From Antedon mediterranea (lineage: Eukaryota; Animalia; Echinodermata), in contig NC_092680.1 in the NCBI RefSeq assembly GCF_964355755.1, positions 16,253,045-16,317,044 on the forward strand: DNA of 64,000 nt, read 5' to 3'. Made by a program: the position numbers and the translations under genes. The notes beneath the pieces were generated by a model that was not told the DNA's origin, did not search any database, and saw only the letters and a program-made list of their open reading frames with translations. Below, one piece after another: positions 1 to 23,038 of this stretch (positions are counted from its first letter, which is position 1; each line of letters opens with the position of its first letter).

Positions 1-473
1 ATACATGTGGATTATGTTTTGGGATTTATTGGATGTAGACTGTAGACATTATTATATTATTGATTACTATAGTTTACAAAACAACACATTATTATGGCTA
101 TACTGATACTAGTTAACACACGTAAAAGTATACATGAGATTATATATACAAAAGTTCTATCCATTTTCTATACAACTTTGAATCTTTTAGAATACGAGAA
201 AAAACACATGTAATTAAAGTATTACAGCTTTTTTCAATTTTTGCACTGTGGTTATATAGTGTATCAAATCATGGTTTCTACCAAAGTACAATAATTTTTT
301 TATCATGCCTAAAACATCACCATTGCCTAAGCCTTATATCTTGTCTTAAGTCTTAGTTTAAAAGGTGAGTTTTAGTTTGTTTCCCACACATCAATTGTCT
401 AGCCATATGCCTGCTGGTAGTGTTATTAATTATTAATGAATAATATTCACAAATATCATGCTTATATACACAC

Positions 474-11339
<10,866 letters not shown>

Positions 11340-11399
11340 TTTCAACGTTTCCTATCTCACAATATTCTCTAATGCATTAGAAATCGAATGTGAATACAA

Positions 11400-11770
11400 A
11401 TTTTAAGTTATACTGCAGACAAGTGGTTATAAATAATGTTATATTCTAAGCCTAAAAATACCTAGCACTCACTCTCAAAATCCCTCTGCGTGCAAATGAC
11501 ACGACACGGCGCAAGACTCAAAAGCGTGACGAAAAGCACATACTTTGATGACGTCACATATCAATTTAAAAAACGAGTAGGAAAAAAGAACACAAGTTCC
11601 TCGACCTCGTGTCAAATACCAAATACACGCTAAACGGTGTGGTGGTACACAAATAACATCATTTACGGTTCGGCGAGACGTAATAAGAAAAGCGATCATC
11701 TCTTGGTTGAAAGCGATCTGCTACTAGATATTCTAAATTTGTAACTAATATTACATCAACGTGTTTGTAA
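11400..11770. promoter_or_regulatory. Probable bidirectional promoter for UPF1 and GLD2
   Basis: CpG-rich patch in otherwise CpG-poor DNA between divergent genes, with a CRE TGACGTCA at ~11549 and CTAG-rich tracts on both sides. The GLD2 ATG exon starts at a splice acceptor, which implies an upstream non-coding exon. Confidence 0.55.
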
Positions 11771-12422
11771 TTATTTTAGAGCCCAAATGCTAGAATTCTA
11801 GGCCTAGATAGGCTAGGCCTAGTTTAGCTTAGTTAGTTAGTGGCCTAGCTAGGCTAGGCCTAGGCCTAGTCCTCCCCATTTTACTAGGCTAGGCTAGGCC
11901 TTAGAGGCCTAGCTAGCTTAGCTAGCTAGGTATCATCCAGTCCAGTACAACAGAAAGTCAAGAAGATAATTTTATCTTGTATTTTTTTGATGTTTTTATA
12001 TGAATGGTTTTATGCTATATTTGTTTTTATTGTGTTTTCTTGTTATTATGACGAGCAATGAATTTCCTTTTTGAGGATCAATAAAAGTTATCTTATCTTA
12101 TCTTAGACTGTGATTGATGGTGTCGGATCCTCCAGTGAAGTGAGGACTGGCCTGATCCTTCTTAGCTGCTAGCTAGATGCCTACCTGTCATGGTCCTATA
12201 CTCAGCCTATTCTATAGGTCTAGCCTAGCTAGGCAGGCACTAGCTAGGACAGCTAAAATAAGGCCTTCTTTCTGGGCCTAACTAGTAGTAGGCCCTAATC
12301 CTAATTTAAAGGTTCTCTGTGTGTTTAAATACTATTACTAAATATATAAAATTATAGGCATTAATTAATGATTAAATAATTGTGCATGTTCCAGTCTTTA
12401 ATTTTAATTTAGTCTAGTTTAA

Positions 12423-13048
12423 AGACCCCTTCCCTGCAATTTTGGACGTTTTTTGGAAAATAATACATATATATCACTTTAAAAACATTAAACCATGTCA
12501 TTCCTTGTCTTAAATGTACGTTTTATGGTAAATTATGATAAAAAGTGAGAAACAATGCACTACCTAAGTAGCTCGCGGCGATCGACCTCTCGTGGACGGT
12601 CTTAGGCCTAGCCTAGCTAGGCTTAGTTTTGTAGGCCTAGCTGGTAAACATCGATAACGTACGAACATCGTACGCTAGCTATATACCTAGCCTGACGTTG
12701 TATAGTTGCTGCATTAATTGTCTTTCTATTTTTGCCAGACTCCGTTGATACAAATTGGGGAAAACCCGGTATTTTCGCTGAAAAGTTAGGAGTCTTCCAT
12801 TTGTTTTGGCTTCACGATCGATCGAAAAGTGGGCGAATTACAGGTGAAAAACAAAAATATCAATCCGCGCGCAATGCATTTTGGGATTTATAGCGGGCCG
12901 CTATAATTATTAGAATCGATTTATTTTTCACATTTTTAACCGTTTAAAGACGAAAAAAGTTATCGCAATAGGACCATATAGTATTATTTTTACATTAAAT
13001 ATAGTTTGTGATCTTAAATTAGATCTAAAAAACGTAGGGAATGGGGCT
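12423..13048. mobile_element. Non-autonomous Kolobok-like element
   Basis: TTAA on both sides (12419-12422, 13049-13052). Imperfect TIR AGACCCCTTCCCT ... AGGGAATGGGGCT with purine termini. Confidence 0.65.
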
Positions 13049-13065
13049 TTAATATAAAACAATTT

Positions 13066-13945
13066 GGCGCTAGGCCTAGTTCCATTTCACACCTGTCATT
13101 TATTTCGCCCCGAAACTTATCGTAAGTACCATACCACACCTTAGAATTAGGCCTCAAAAATACTTTTACGAAGGAGATCACACAAAAAGTAACAAATAAA
13201 TCCTTTAAATTGATGAATTTACAGACGTGTTTCTCGCACATCGGTTCGTGAATTTCGCATACTCCATGTTCAATGTTGTTGTTTCTATGGAGCGCCAAAA
13301 GAGGAATCATAATAGAGGGCTAAAAACTCAGTATAATGCGTATATTTAATGCATTTATTGGTGAAAATTACATTCAATTTTAACATATTGTCAATTTCAA
13401 TGCAACAAAAATGTTACTGTTGATACTGTACATGGTTTTCGCAGTTTTCGTTAACTTTTAAGAATGAAAATCGACAAATTCATCATTATATTACATGTAC
13501 TGTAGGTTTATACCTCAATGATCTAAATAATATTCCTCTTAGGCCTAGGCTAAGGTAGTGATGCTGATTTAGGGTTAGGGTTAGGTTGATATTTGAAAAA
13601 CAGCACATTATTAATTAGCAGTAAAATGTTACAGCAACAAAAAACAAAATATATTAAAGTTAAACGTGTATTTCAATAATAGATGCATTATAAAAGTTTT
13701 TAACCATCTATTATAGTGCTCTTTTGGTGCTCCATAGAAACGAAAATATTGAACTTCGAGTATGCTAAATTCGCGAACGGTATGCGAGAAACATGTCTGT
13801 AAAATCATAAATTTCAAGGATTTATTCGTTACTTTTTTACAATTTGTTACAATTTTAAGGTGTGGTATTCACAATAAGTTACTTAACAAATTTGGAGGCA
13901 AAAGGAAGTCGAAATAAAAACAGGTGCGAAACGAAACTAGCGCCA
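13066..13945. mobile_element. Foldback element with ~350 bp diverged inverted arms; same family at ~52408-53243 and ~53712-54503
   Basis: GGCGCTAG...CACCTGT at the left end and CAGGTGCGAAACGAAACTAGCGCC at the right. Shared internal TTTCTATGGAGCGCCAAAAGAG and ATACCACACCTTA blocks occur in inverted orientation. Confidence 0.75.
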
Positions 13946-14054
13946 ACAATTTTATGCTTAAATGTGTATCATCTACATTAGCTAAATGTTCACTCACTTG
14001 ACATACAGTAGCTATGCATATTCATATTTTATTTATTTTTGTAGAATTGACAAA

Positions 14055-17000
14055 ATGTATCAAGACAATTCATATGTCAGTCCAAATGGATTTATTCTAC
14101 AAACTCCCGTCTACCAAAGGCTAAATGACTTTCACAGAAACCAGATAAGGACCTTTGAATACAGTAACAGCAGAAGTGTCACCTATCCCCCACCTCTTGC
14201 ACAAAGGGTGATATCAGGACCTGGGGCAATTTCAGGACCTGGACCCATGCACCCGGTCCGTGGCACTCAAAGAAATAATTACGATTCTGATTACAGAACA
14301 CCAAATACCGGTATGCACCAGCCGCCATGGAGTAACCCACCAGCCCAAAGATATTATGGAGGGTAGAGTATAATTTTACTATTTTAATAGTAATTTAATT
14401 AACCTAAAGCTCCATCTACACTATCAAACTTTATGTGATGTGGCCATATATGGACATGATGTCATATCGCTAACATATTTGGGCAATCACCACCATATTT
14501 GGACACATCACACTTTTCTAGTATGTAAATTACGTACGATTGATTTACGGTATTATTATTTACTTTATCATAATAAAATAATGAATGTTAATGAGTTTGA
14601 TGGTGACTGCTCTATTTATTACGAGACAAAAGTTAAAAATAGAGCAGTCAATTTTTACAATTATTTGTTTTATAACACATCTATTTTTATTCAAGTTATA
14701 CATTGTAAACCATTGATGAATGCTATGTTAGGAAGCTAGACAATTAAAAAGACGGTGCTCCAACTTTACACATGAAGTAGAGCAGTTATAGACGGCACGC
14801 ACAGCAAGTTTCCAAACGCGTTCAATCTAACTTTAGTAATTTGTGATTATAATAATAACAACTTTATTTAAAAACGGATGCAACACTTGGATCACCAGAT
14901 TGGTGTTTTTCACAAGGCCGTTACTTACTACAAAACTATTTACAGTACATAATGATTGAAAAACATAGAGTTTCAAGTATATCTTATCTTCAGTCATTTA
15001 TTATTTTTTTAAATATATGTATATTAGGAGCTGTAATTGAATTTGAGTTTATAGCATTTAAACTATTCCATAGCTTTGCGCCAGAATACGAGAAACTTTT
15101 CTTTTTGTACTCAGTGTTTGCCTTATGTAAACTTAGAATATCTTTTGATCTAGTATTATATGTTTGTTTGCGTTCATAGAATCTGTTTCTTAAGTAGGAT
15201 GGTTTTAAGTTATTCATTATTTTATACATTGTGACTGCTTCGTTGTAATATTGTTTTTCTTCTAAATTAGGCCAATTTAAATCTTTGAGCGCCTGTGAGC
15301 TAGAGTCATACCTAGATGTATGTGTAATTATTTTGGCTGCTCTATTTTTGAGTACTTGGAGTATTTGAGGGTTTGATTAAATTTATTCTTAACCCACAGA
15401 CAACAGAATCTATCTAGAAAAAGAGTGTTTGATAACAATGTCAATGAACAGCCTACAAAAAGGAAGAGAAGAAGAGATGATGACAATGGCAGTAGCTCCA
15501 AAAAAAAGAAAGACACTAGTAGTATACCTTGCACTCAGACCCCACAAACCTCGAAGAATGCAACGCCATCAAGAGTACCTCCAACTGGAACCTCATTAAC
15601 AGACACCGATATGGTATTTCATTCAGTTTTTTCCTGTTTTATTATACCAGACTAAAGCTCTGGTTATACTGTACTACCAATGTCTATGTCCATATATGGA
15701 CACAATAACATCATATTATTACCATGTTTGAGAACATCACATTTGTCATTCAAACTAGTTTGACAGTGTAGACAGCGCAAGTGCATGGCTGATTTCATCA
15801 AAATGAGTGTGTTTATGATAAAAGGATAATCGCTGTGATACTACTGTATGCCTGCAATAATTATGGAACTGGGTTTTATTAACTAGCATGTTGTATTATT
15901 AATTAACAGATTCATTATTGCATGTCTATATACTGTACCTAGGACAGTTGTTCAATTAAAGACAAAATAAGCGTGATGTGCCCAAATATGGTAGTGATAT
16001 GTCCAAATATGGTAGTGATATGACATCATCGTCCATATATGTGCACATAACATTTTTTTGTCGCATAAAGTTTGATAGTGTAGATAGAGCTTAAGTCTTG
16101 CCCAACATCAATTTTCAATCTGAAGTCAAAGTAAAATCGGGTATCTGGTCCAATCTTTATCAGTAATGAATGGAAGAGTAGGTTACATGGAAGATTGCTG
16201 ATCAACCCCAGTACTGTTTTTATTTTATGATCATTCAGAATATTATTTTATGTAATTTACATTTTTTCAGCTTTCCAAAGATATCTGGGAACATTTCCTG
16301 GAAAGAAAACAAACAAAAGCTGATCTACGAAGGAAAGTGGCTCTTAGAAATGACTTGGCTACTGTGATTCAATTTCTTTATCCATGTGGGTAAAAGTGTT
16401 TTTTTATTTGATAGATATTATATAAATTGCAGTGATGTAGCTGGAGAAGTCTGAGGGTGTGGTTAAATACAGCAGTACTTTCGTGTCTCCATATGTTTCT
16501 TAAGTGGGTTCTATGTTGAACTTGGTTGGGTTAGCATGTGCGTGTCCCTGTCCACATCCACCCAGCACAGTTGATAAACATGCATTTGTGACCAGTATCA
16601 GTGGAGTAAAGCAGAGGAAATTGGCCCTGGTTTAGCACTCCTAAGGACCTTCTAATGCTGTGTAGTTGTATTGGAGCTGCCCATACTCTGAAGCCCCTTT
16701 AGCTTTCGAGCCCCTTTAGCTTTGGAGCCACTGGGTTTAGCCAATAAAAGCACTCTACCAGATATAAGCCTTGAATATTTCTTTTGTACAGATGGTGGGT
16801 TGTTTTTAGTTGGTTCTTCTATGAATGGATTCGGTAGTACTGATAGTGATGTTGATATGTGCCTTATGATATCAAATGAAACAGTAAGTCCAACCTCTAT
16901 AATTGTTTATTTTTTTTATCTCTTCAATATATTAATAAAAGCAACAAAGATGTAGCATTTTGATGTTTTTTTTTATTTCTTTACTTGATACAAAGCAAAG

Positions 17001-20000
17001 CAGTTTCTTATATTTGAATACAATTGTATTCAAATAATAGAAACTAATTTATGCTTACACTACATATTTATGTTATAATAGTTGTAAGAAAGTATTTTTA
17101 TTGCTTTGTTTGTTCAGATAAGTCAGAAGCATACTGCAAAAATGATGTTACAACGGATATTAGTTGAACTGAGTAGACGGTCTTTTCGTGAGTAAATGTT
17201 TTTTTCTTTATTATTGAGGATGAGAAGAAGTACCAGAAATTAAGTAGTTTTATTGGTATAGAATCAGTTAATTTTAGAAGATTTGAGTAAAAGTACATAA
17301 ATTAATAGTTTTAGAGTTTGTTTGTCTTTCATGAAACGTACTAAACTCTAGCATTTTTTTATGTGGTTTTAATCCATAGAGACAGTATGTATGTTTACTG
17401 TCATACAGTAATTATATCTTTATCTTTATCTAATCACACTTTTTGGTTTTTTTTTTATAGATTTTGTACGAAAACCTCTAGTTATTCCGGCAAAAGTTCC
17501 CATTTTAAAATTCTATGATTGTTTAAGGTAAGATTATCAATTTAAAATAAACATCCCGAATGATTGAAATTACTGGTACTGGGTTTGTTCTATTAGCGTT
17601 CCTGCTCCCAAAATCATCCATTCATAGAAGCACTGATGATGAAAGTATATCTGTGGTGACTATAGAGTGGTCCAGAGAAATTACATATACTTTGGCCTAA
17701 GTTGATAAAAGATTGAATTGTTTTATTAGAAATAGAGTATATACGAAGTTTAAAGATGTATTGTCCCTTAAAACACAAAAAAATTAAGGTCAAAATATTC
17801 AAAATTTAAATTGGCCATATCAAAGTAATATTAAAGTTATTCACTTTAAGTCGAAAATCATGTACTATGTATATGCACAGGACCAACAGCTTCATCCAAG
17901 GATACAAATAATTCGGCACAGATAGGTCTCAAACCCAAACAAATGTCAATTGAGTTCGCCTTATAGGTAAATGATTATTCGCAAATATTTCTTTTGTAGG
18001 AAAATTGAATGTGACCTAAACATCAACAATGCAACAGTAAGTTTTGTCAAACAATTTTTGTAACTTTCTCTGACAGAATGTCCTGCTTACCAAGTAAAAC
18101 ATAACAGTTTTCCGCCAAATATCTAGCAGAATACCATCACGTTACTTGTTTTGTTCAGACAGCCTCGTATGACGATGCCCGACGAAATATCTTGACTCGT
18201 CTGAGTTGAATCCAGACGAGATGAGTCGTCTTGAAATAGCTTTGGCCGTAGTTTTTAGATCGTTGGGGAAAGCATTAAACATGTCTAGTTTTCTCCCAAC
18301 CAGACAACCTATACTGCCTGAGTTGACATTTAGCCGTCCTCACTATTGAGAACATCAGGCAATCATTGGCTGGTTTTAGTTAACATATGCATAAAATACA
18401 CCCACACATTTTATTATTGAAAACAACAAACGTAAATGTCATTTATAAAAGAAGAGATTCTTTAAGAATGTATAAAAGAATACTTTAATAAGCAATCATT
18501 ATTACATTTATTACAGGGAATCAGAAATACATACCTGATGCAGCTTTACTCAAAATGTAAGTAACAAATAATTTAATAATTAGATAGATAATAATAATTG
18601 TATTTATATATTTTCTCAATAAAACAAGAAGTATACTTCCATTTAAACATAATCACAAACCAATTATGTTTTTTATTGTTTTCTTGCTAAATGATAGATT
18701 TGTGAGATATTAGAAGCGCTCTGTTTTTGTATGCAATTTGTAAATTGTTATTTGTAGTTTATACATGTGACTATTAATGTTACTTAATTATCTTTCTTTC
18801 AAAAAGGGCAAATGTTTTAAAATTGAGAAAGAGACTTCTATCTTTATAGAATTTAAAATTGCTAGGTAATAATATGAATATTGATTGCTTGACTTAATAT
18901 TGCAGTGGATTGGAGAGTAGCACCGCTAATCCTTGCGATAAAGAAATGGGCGAGCGATGTAGGAATTAATGATGCGAGCAAAGGAACATTGTCAAGTTAT
19001 TCAGTAGTACTAATGGTGTTGTATTACTTGCAAGGTAAACAAGGAAAATGCAGTTCACTTGGGCCGTAAATCCACAGCCAAAAATTAACTGATGAAAATT
19101 AACCAGTAAAGTTCCTGTGAAAACTAGGTTTAACTGATTCCACTCCACCATAAACTGATAATGATCTCATTCAAATCATATAATTATCAGATAAATGCAA
19201 TAATTGTTAACTTTTGACCTGAAAGAAAATAGTTGCGTTGTGATTGGGCACCTGGTTGTTTGGTAATGACTGATCATGCACACTTTATTTTTAATTAAAT
19301 ACCGATTGGTTAATGAATTAACTGATAATTTTGGTTTTGGCTGTGGAAACACGGCCTTAAATTTAAAACAGTAGGTGTTTCATAAAACATGAATAATATT
19401 TTCATTATTTTTTCATATACCATCAATTTAATTGTCATTCAATATATTTTGTCAGAAAAGTACAAAGATAAAACAAATGACAAAAGAAAAGAGTTAAAAA
19501 TCCAAATGATGGATTAACCAAAATGAGAAATAAATCTCTGCCAAGTGGCTCACCAAAATCAAAAAGGAAAAGAGACATAATCAAAATACAATGAAATTAT
19601 TAATAAATAATTTAAATAATTCAATATTTTTTTTATTCTAACAGTTGGTGCTAAGCCCCCTGTTTTGATATCGTTGCAGCAGAAATACCCAGTAAGTGAA
19701 ATATTTTGTCATATTTGATACAGCGCATTATACCAAGGCACAGTGTTTTAAAGTTCTTTCTACAAAAATGTGATGTGCCCATAATAGACATGATGATGTC
19801 ATACCAATACCATATTTGGGCATATCAATACCATATTTGGGCATATCACTACCACATTTGGGCACATTACACTTTTTTGGTCAAACTAGTTTGATAGTCT
19901 AGACAGAGCTTTAAAGTATGTCAACCAATTTAAAGGAACTAAAGTAGAGAAACTTTTGTCGTGACACCTTTTAATCAGAATTGTGATTATTGCACAAAAA

Positions 20001-21354
20001 TTTGTTGTTTTTCTGATCTCTTTTCAATGACCAAATACCACATTCTGTAATTGTTGCCAATTTTTTCTACATCAAAATGATGCGGTCATCATAAATAAAG
20101 ACAGTAAGCAACGTCTGTATGTCTGCTGTACAGTGCTATACCTTGGCTGGCTGCTTAGTATCACAAATCCACTAGCTAGATGGTGTTACCAGCAGTGTAA
20201 TACTAAATCCATTTTTAAATGTTAAATCTACATCATTTTAAAATAACTCCAACATAGTTTACAGATATGATAAAGTTCTGAAATTTATTAAATTGAATTA
20301 CATTTTATTTATTTTTTAATTTTATTATATTTTATTTACTAAATTTGTCTATTTTTACAGCAAAAATTTTTGAACAGTATTAGCGTTTGGGATCTACAAA
20401 ATCTAGCCCCAGAAGATCAACTGCCATCGTGGATAAACTTTGAATCCAGGAACAAACAAAGCTTCTGTCAACTACTAGATGGATTCATGTCATTCTACAC
20501 GAAAGACTTCCATTTTTACAAAGATGTAGTTTCCGTGAGATTGGGGCGTCCATTGTTGCTCAGTTCTATTGAAACTGTTGGAGACTGGAAAAAAAAGTTT
20601 ATACACATTGAAGGTAAAATTGGCTTATTGCTAGGGGTGAATTGGGTTTCAGATGTGATCATCCTGTAGTTATACAATTGGACCTCACATACTTTACACT
20701 GCACCAATAATAATTACATTTGGTACAGCAGACCTGGCTACAGTATCAACATGCAACATATTTTGGTATTTTACTTTGTTTTTTATATTTTTAAGGCATC
20801 CTATAATATGCGATTTTTTGATATGGTTGAAATTAAATAAAAAAATTAAATACTTCTTGAAAATGGAAACCTCCCCTATTAACCCTTCAAAGACGTGGCC
20901 CGTATCCCAATATGGGGTAATTTACTATTAAAAATACCTTATTCAGCCTCAGCCACTTGGGGTAGAAACCTCGTGTCTTCAAAGGGTTAAGCAGACATTT
21001 TTTCATCAGTAAAAGTTGGATTTTGTATATATTTCAAGAATTACAATTAAAATAATGAAAACATTACTTAACCAACAATTTAATGAAATACAGATAATAA
21101 TAATTAGCACTCTGCATTTAAAATGTATGTCTGATCATGTATCTGTCTCATAAGCTATTTTTTCAATTACATCTATCTATGTTTACTAAATGTTCATATT
21201 TTATTTTTCTCAAGAACCCTTTGACAAAACAAACACAGCCCGTGCAGTGTATAGCGAACAGAGCTTTAGGGTAATCATAAGAGCAATGAACAAGGCTGCA
21301 AAGAAATTAAGCAAACCAAAAAATCTAAAGGTAAATGATTTATGTCTCGGTTGA
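14055..21354 (+). CDS. TENT2: Cytoplasmic poly(A) RNA polymerase GLD2 (TENT2/PAPD4)
   Basis: Exons 14055-14362, 15400-15613, 16271-16385, 16792-16883, 17118-17187, 17461-17527, 18000-18036, 18517-18556, 18906-19034, 19645-19691, 20361-20613, 21215-21354. Motifs LFLVGSSMNGFGSTDSDVDMCL, AKVPILKF, ECDLNINN-GIRNT, INDASKGTLSSYS and IEEPFDKTNTARAV. Confidence 0.93.
14848..15325 (-). mobile_element. 3' fragment of a CR1/L2-clade LINE in a GLD2 intron
   Basis: ORF 14990-15229 reads MYKIMNNLKPSYL...YNTRS...KKSFSYSGAKLWNSL, typical of the post-RT C-terminus, and ends in a short TTA-rich tail. Confidence 0.8.
19062..19356. mobile_element. MITE with GGCCGT..TCCACAGCCAAAA TIRs (Harbinger-like)
   Basis: GGCCGTAAATCCACAGCCAAAA ... 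TTTTGGCTGTGGAAACACGGCC, with repeated TAACTGAT motifs inside. Confidence 0.65.
20883..20986. mobile_element. 104 bp piggyBac-like MITE
   Basis: TTAA|CCCTTCAAAGAC ... GTCTTCAAAGGG|TTAA. Confidence 0.65.
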
Positions 21355-23038
21355 CAATCGTATTGGTTATACGGTATAATAACCAAAAGAAGACGGGAGG
21401 AGAAGCTATGTCAAAGGTCAAGTGCATAACCTGGAACATGGTTGCATGGATTTCTTGAGGTGGGCAAGATGTTGAATTAGGCTGGTTCAATCCATTTAAC
21501 TCAGGGTACTGACTTATTTAATGCATTGAACTTTCTGAACACACCGGAAACAAGTTAAGACTCAATATATGACAAACTAAAAACTACAAATGGATACATT
21601 GTAAGTTAACCAAAGTTTAATTTTTTTTTTTTTAAGAGCACAATTTTAGAGAAGTTTTGTTCTTTTTCTTATTTAATATTATTTCTATTAAGTTGTATCT
21701 ACATTAATTAAATTAACAAGTTCAAGTTGTATTGAGATAACTATGGTAACTATTGATGATTGTTAATTTTACAACTAAAAATATTGAGAAAAAAAATCTA
21801 TAAACGATCCTAAATACAGAACGGATAACTGATGACAGTTCTATTTGATGCTGTCCAAGGCAATCTAACAACAAGATGCTGAGCTCCAACGATCAAAAGG
21901 TTTCTTCTGTGGTTGCAACACAATCAGTTCCATGCCCCTAAAAAGAGACCACTGCTGATGGCATTTGTCGCAGTCAGACATGCGACTATCTTGGCAAGGC
22001 AAGCTCAGTGTCCTGTTGTTAGATTGCCTTGGTACAACCAAACCTCTCAAAATTTAATAAATAAGTATTACTATCTTTTCCCAGAAAGTTTGTTGCTTAA
22101 AAACATTTTAATAGAAACCATGTATAAAACAGAAAAGTCCTGTGCTTTGTGATTTGAGAAGAATTTTGCTTCTTGATCAGAATAAATAATATCATTTGAT
22201 AACCATTGTAGAAACTTAGGTTTCAAATTGTATATTCTGTTTAAAACTTGTAAAAATGTAAAGTGTATAATTTGTATTGATATTACATTAATAAAGTTGT
22301 TTTCACAACGTATAGCATTTTGTTAGTATGCTTTTCTGTTTTTGATTGAATATTATAATTTCAGCAGTTTTTAGTTAGGATTTATGAAAACTTATAATAC
22401 ATAATATAATTGATATATTCAAGAAACGTGTTTATATCTTTGAAGAGTATTTCTCAACCTTTCAAAATAAGCAATAAAAACATTAACTGTGAACCACTTT
22501 TACTATGAGAACGTGTCCAGTGTCTTATACACTATACCTTTCAGTTAGCCAAAGCGTTTGAAAAAGTAAATATCTTTCATTTTCTTTTAGGATTCCATGT
22601 AAAGCTCTGTTTGCACTATCAAACTGTGACAAACAAATGTGATATGCCCATATATGGACATGATGATATTAAGCATATCACTACCATACTTGGGCACATC
22701 ACACTAGTTTGATAGTGTAGAAAGGGCTTGATGCACAACATTTTTGTTATTCTTTGTCTCTACAGCGTTTCTGTATTCTGTTATAAACCTGTGAAATGTA
22801 TACAGTTTACAGAAATCAGTGCTGTTGCTTCCATATAGCACTACAGAATTACATTTTGATAGTTGTACTTGTAATATTTACTTTAAGATGGTACATACCC
22901 ACACAATGAAAAATGATTAAACAAAGACTTATCAACTGTTATTTAATGTGAAATAATTAACTGTTTATCAATATCAACACCATATATTTATAAATATATT
23001 TTATACTATCTTTTTTTTCTTTTTTATTAAAATGCATG

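Noticed and set aside
13569-13585. TTAGGG repeats
   Set aside because: Fewer than three units, inside a foldback element spacer; not a meaningful interstitial telomere.
13014-13817. Similar ORFs MILQxCFSHTVREF at 13.8, 52.5 and 53.8 kb
   Set aside because: Translations of the same foldback repeat arm; the frame is not conserved between copies.
14363-15399. Possible U12 intron in GLD2 (TTCTTAAC near the acceptor)
   Set aside because: The donor is GTAGAG, not RTATCCT.
21355-22300. CPE-like TTTTA(A)T motifs in the GLD2 3' UTR
   Set aside because: Expected by chance at this AT content; cannot be supported without conservation data.
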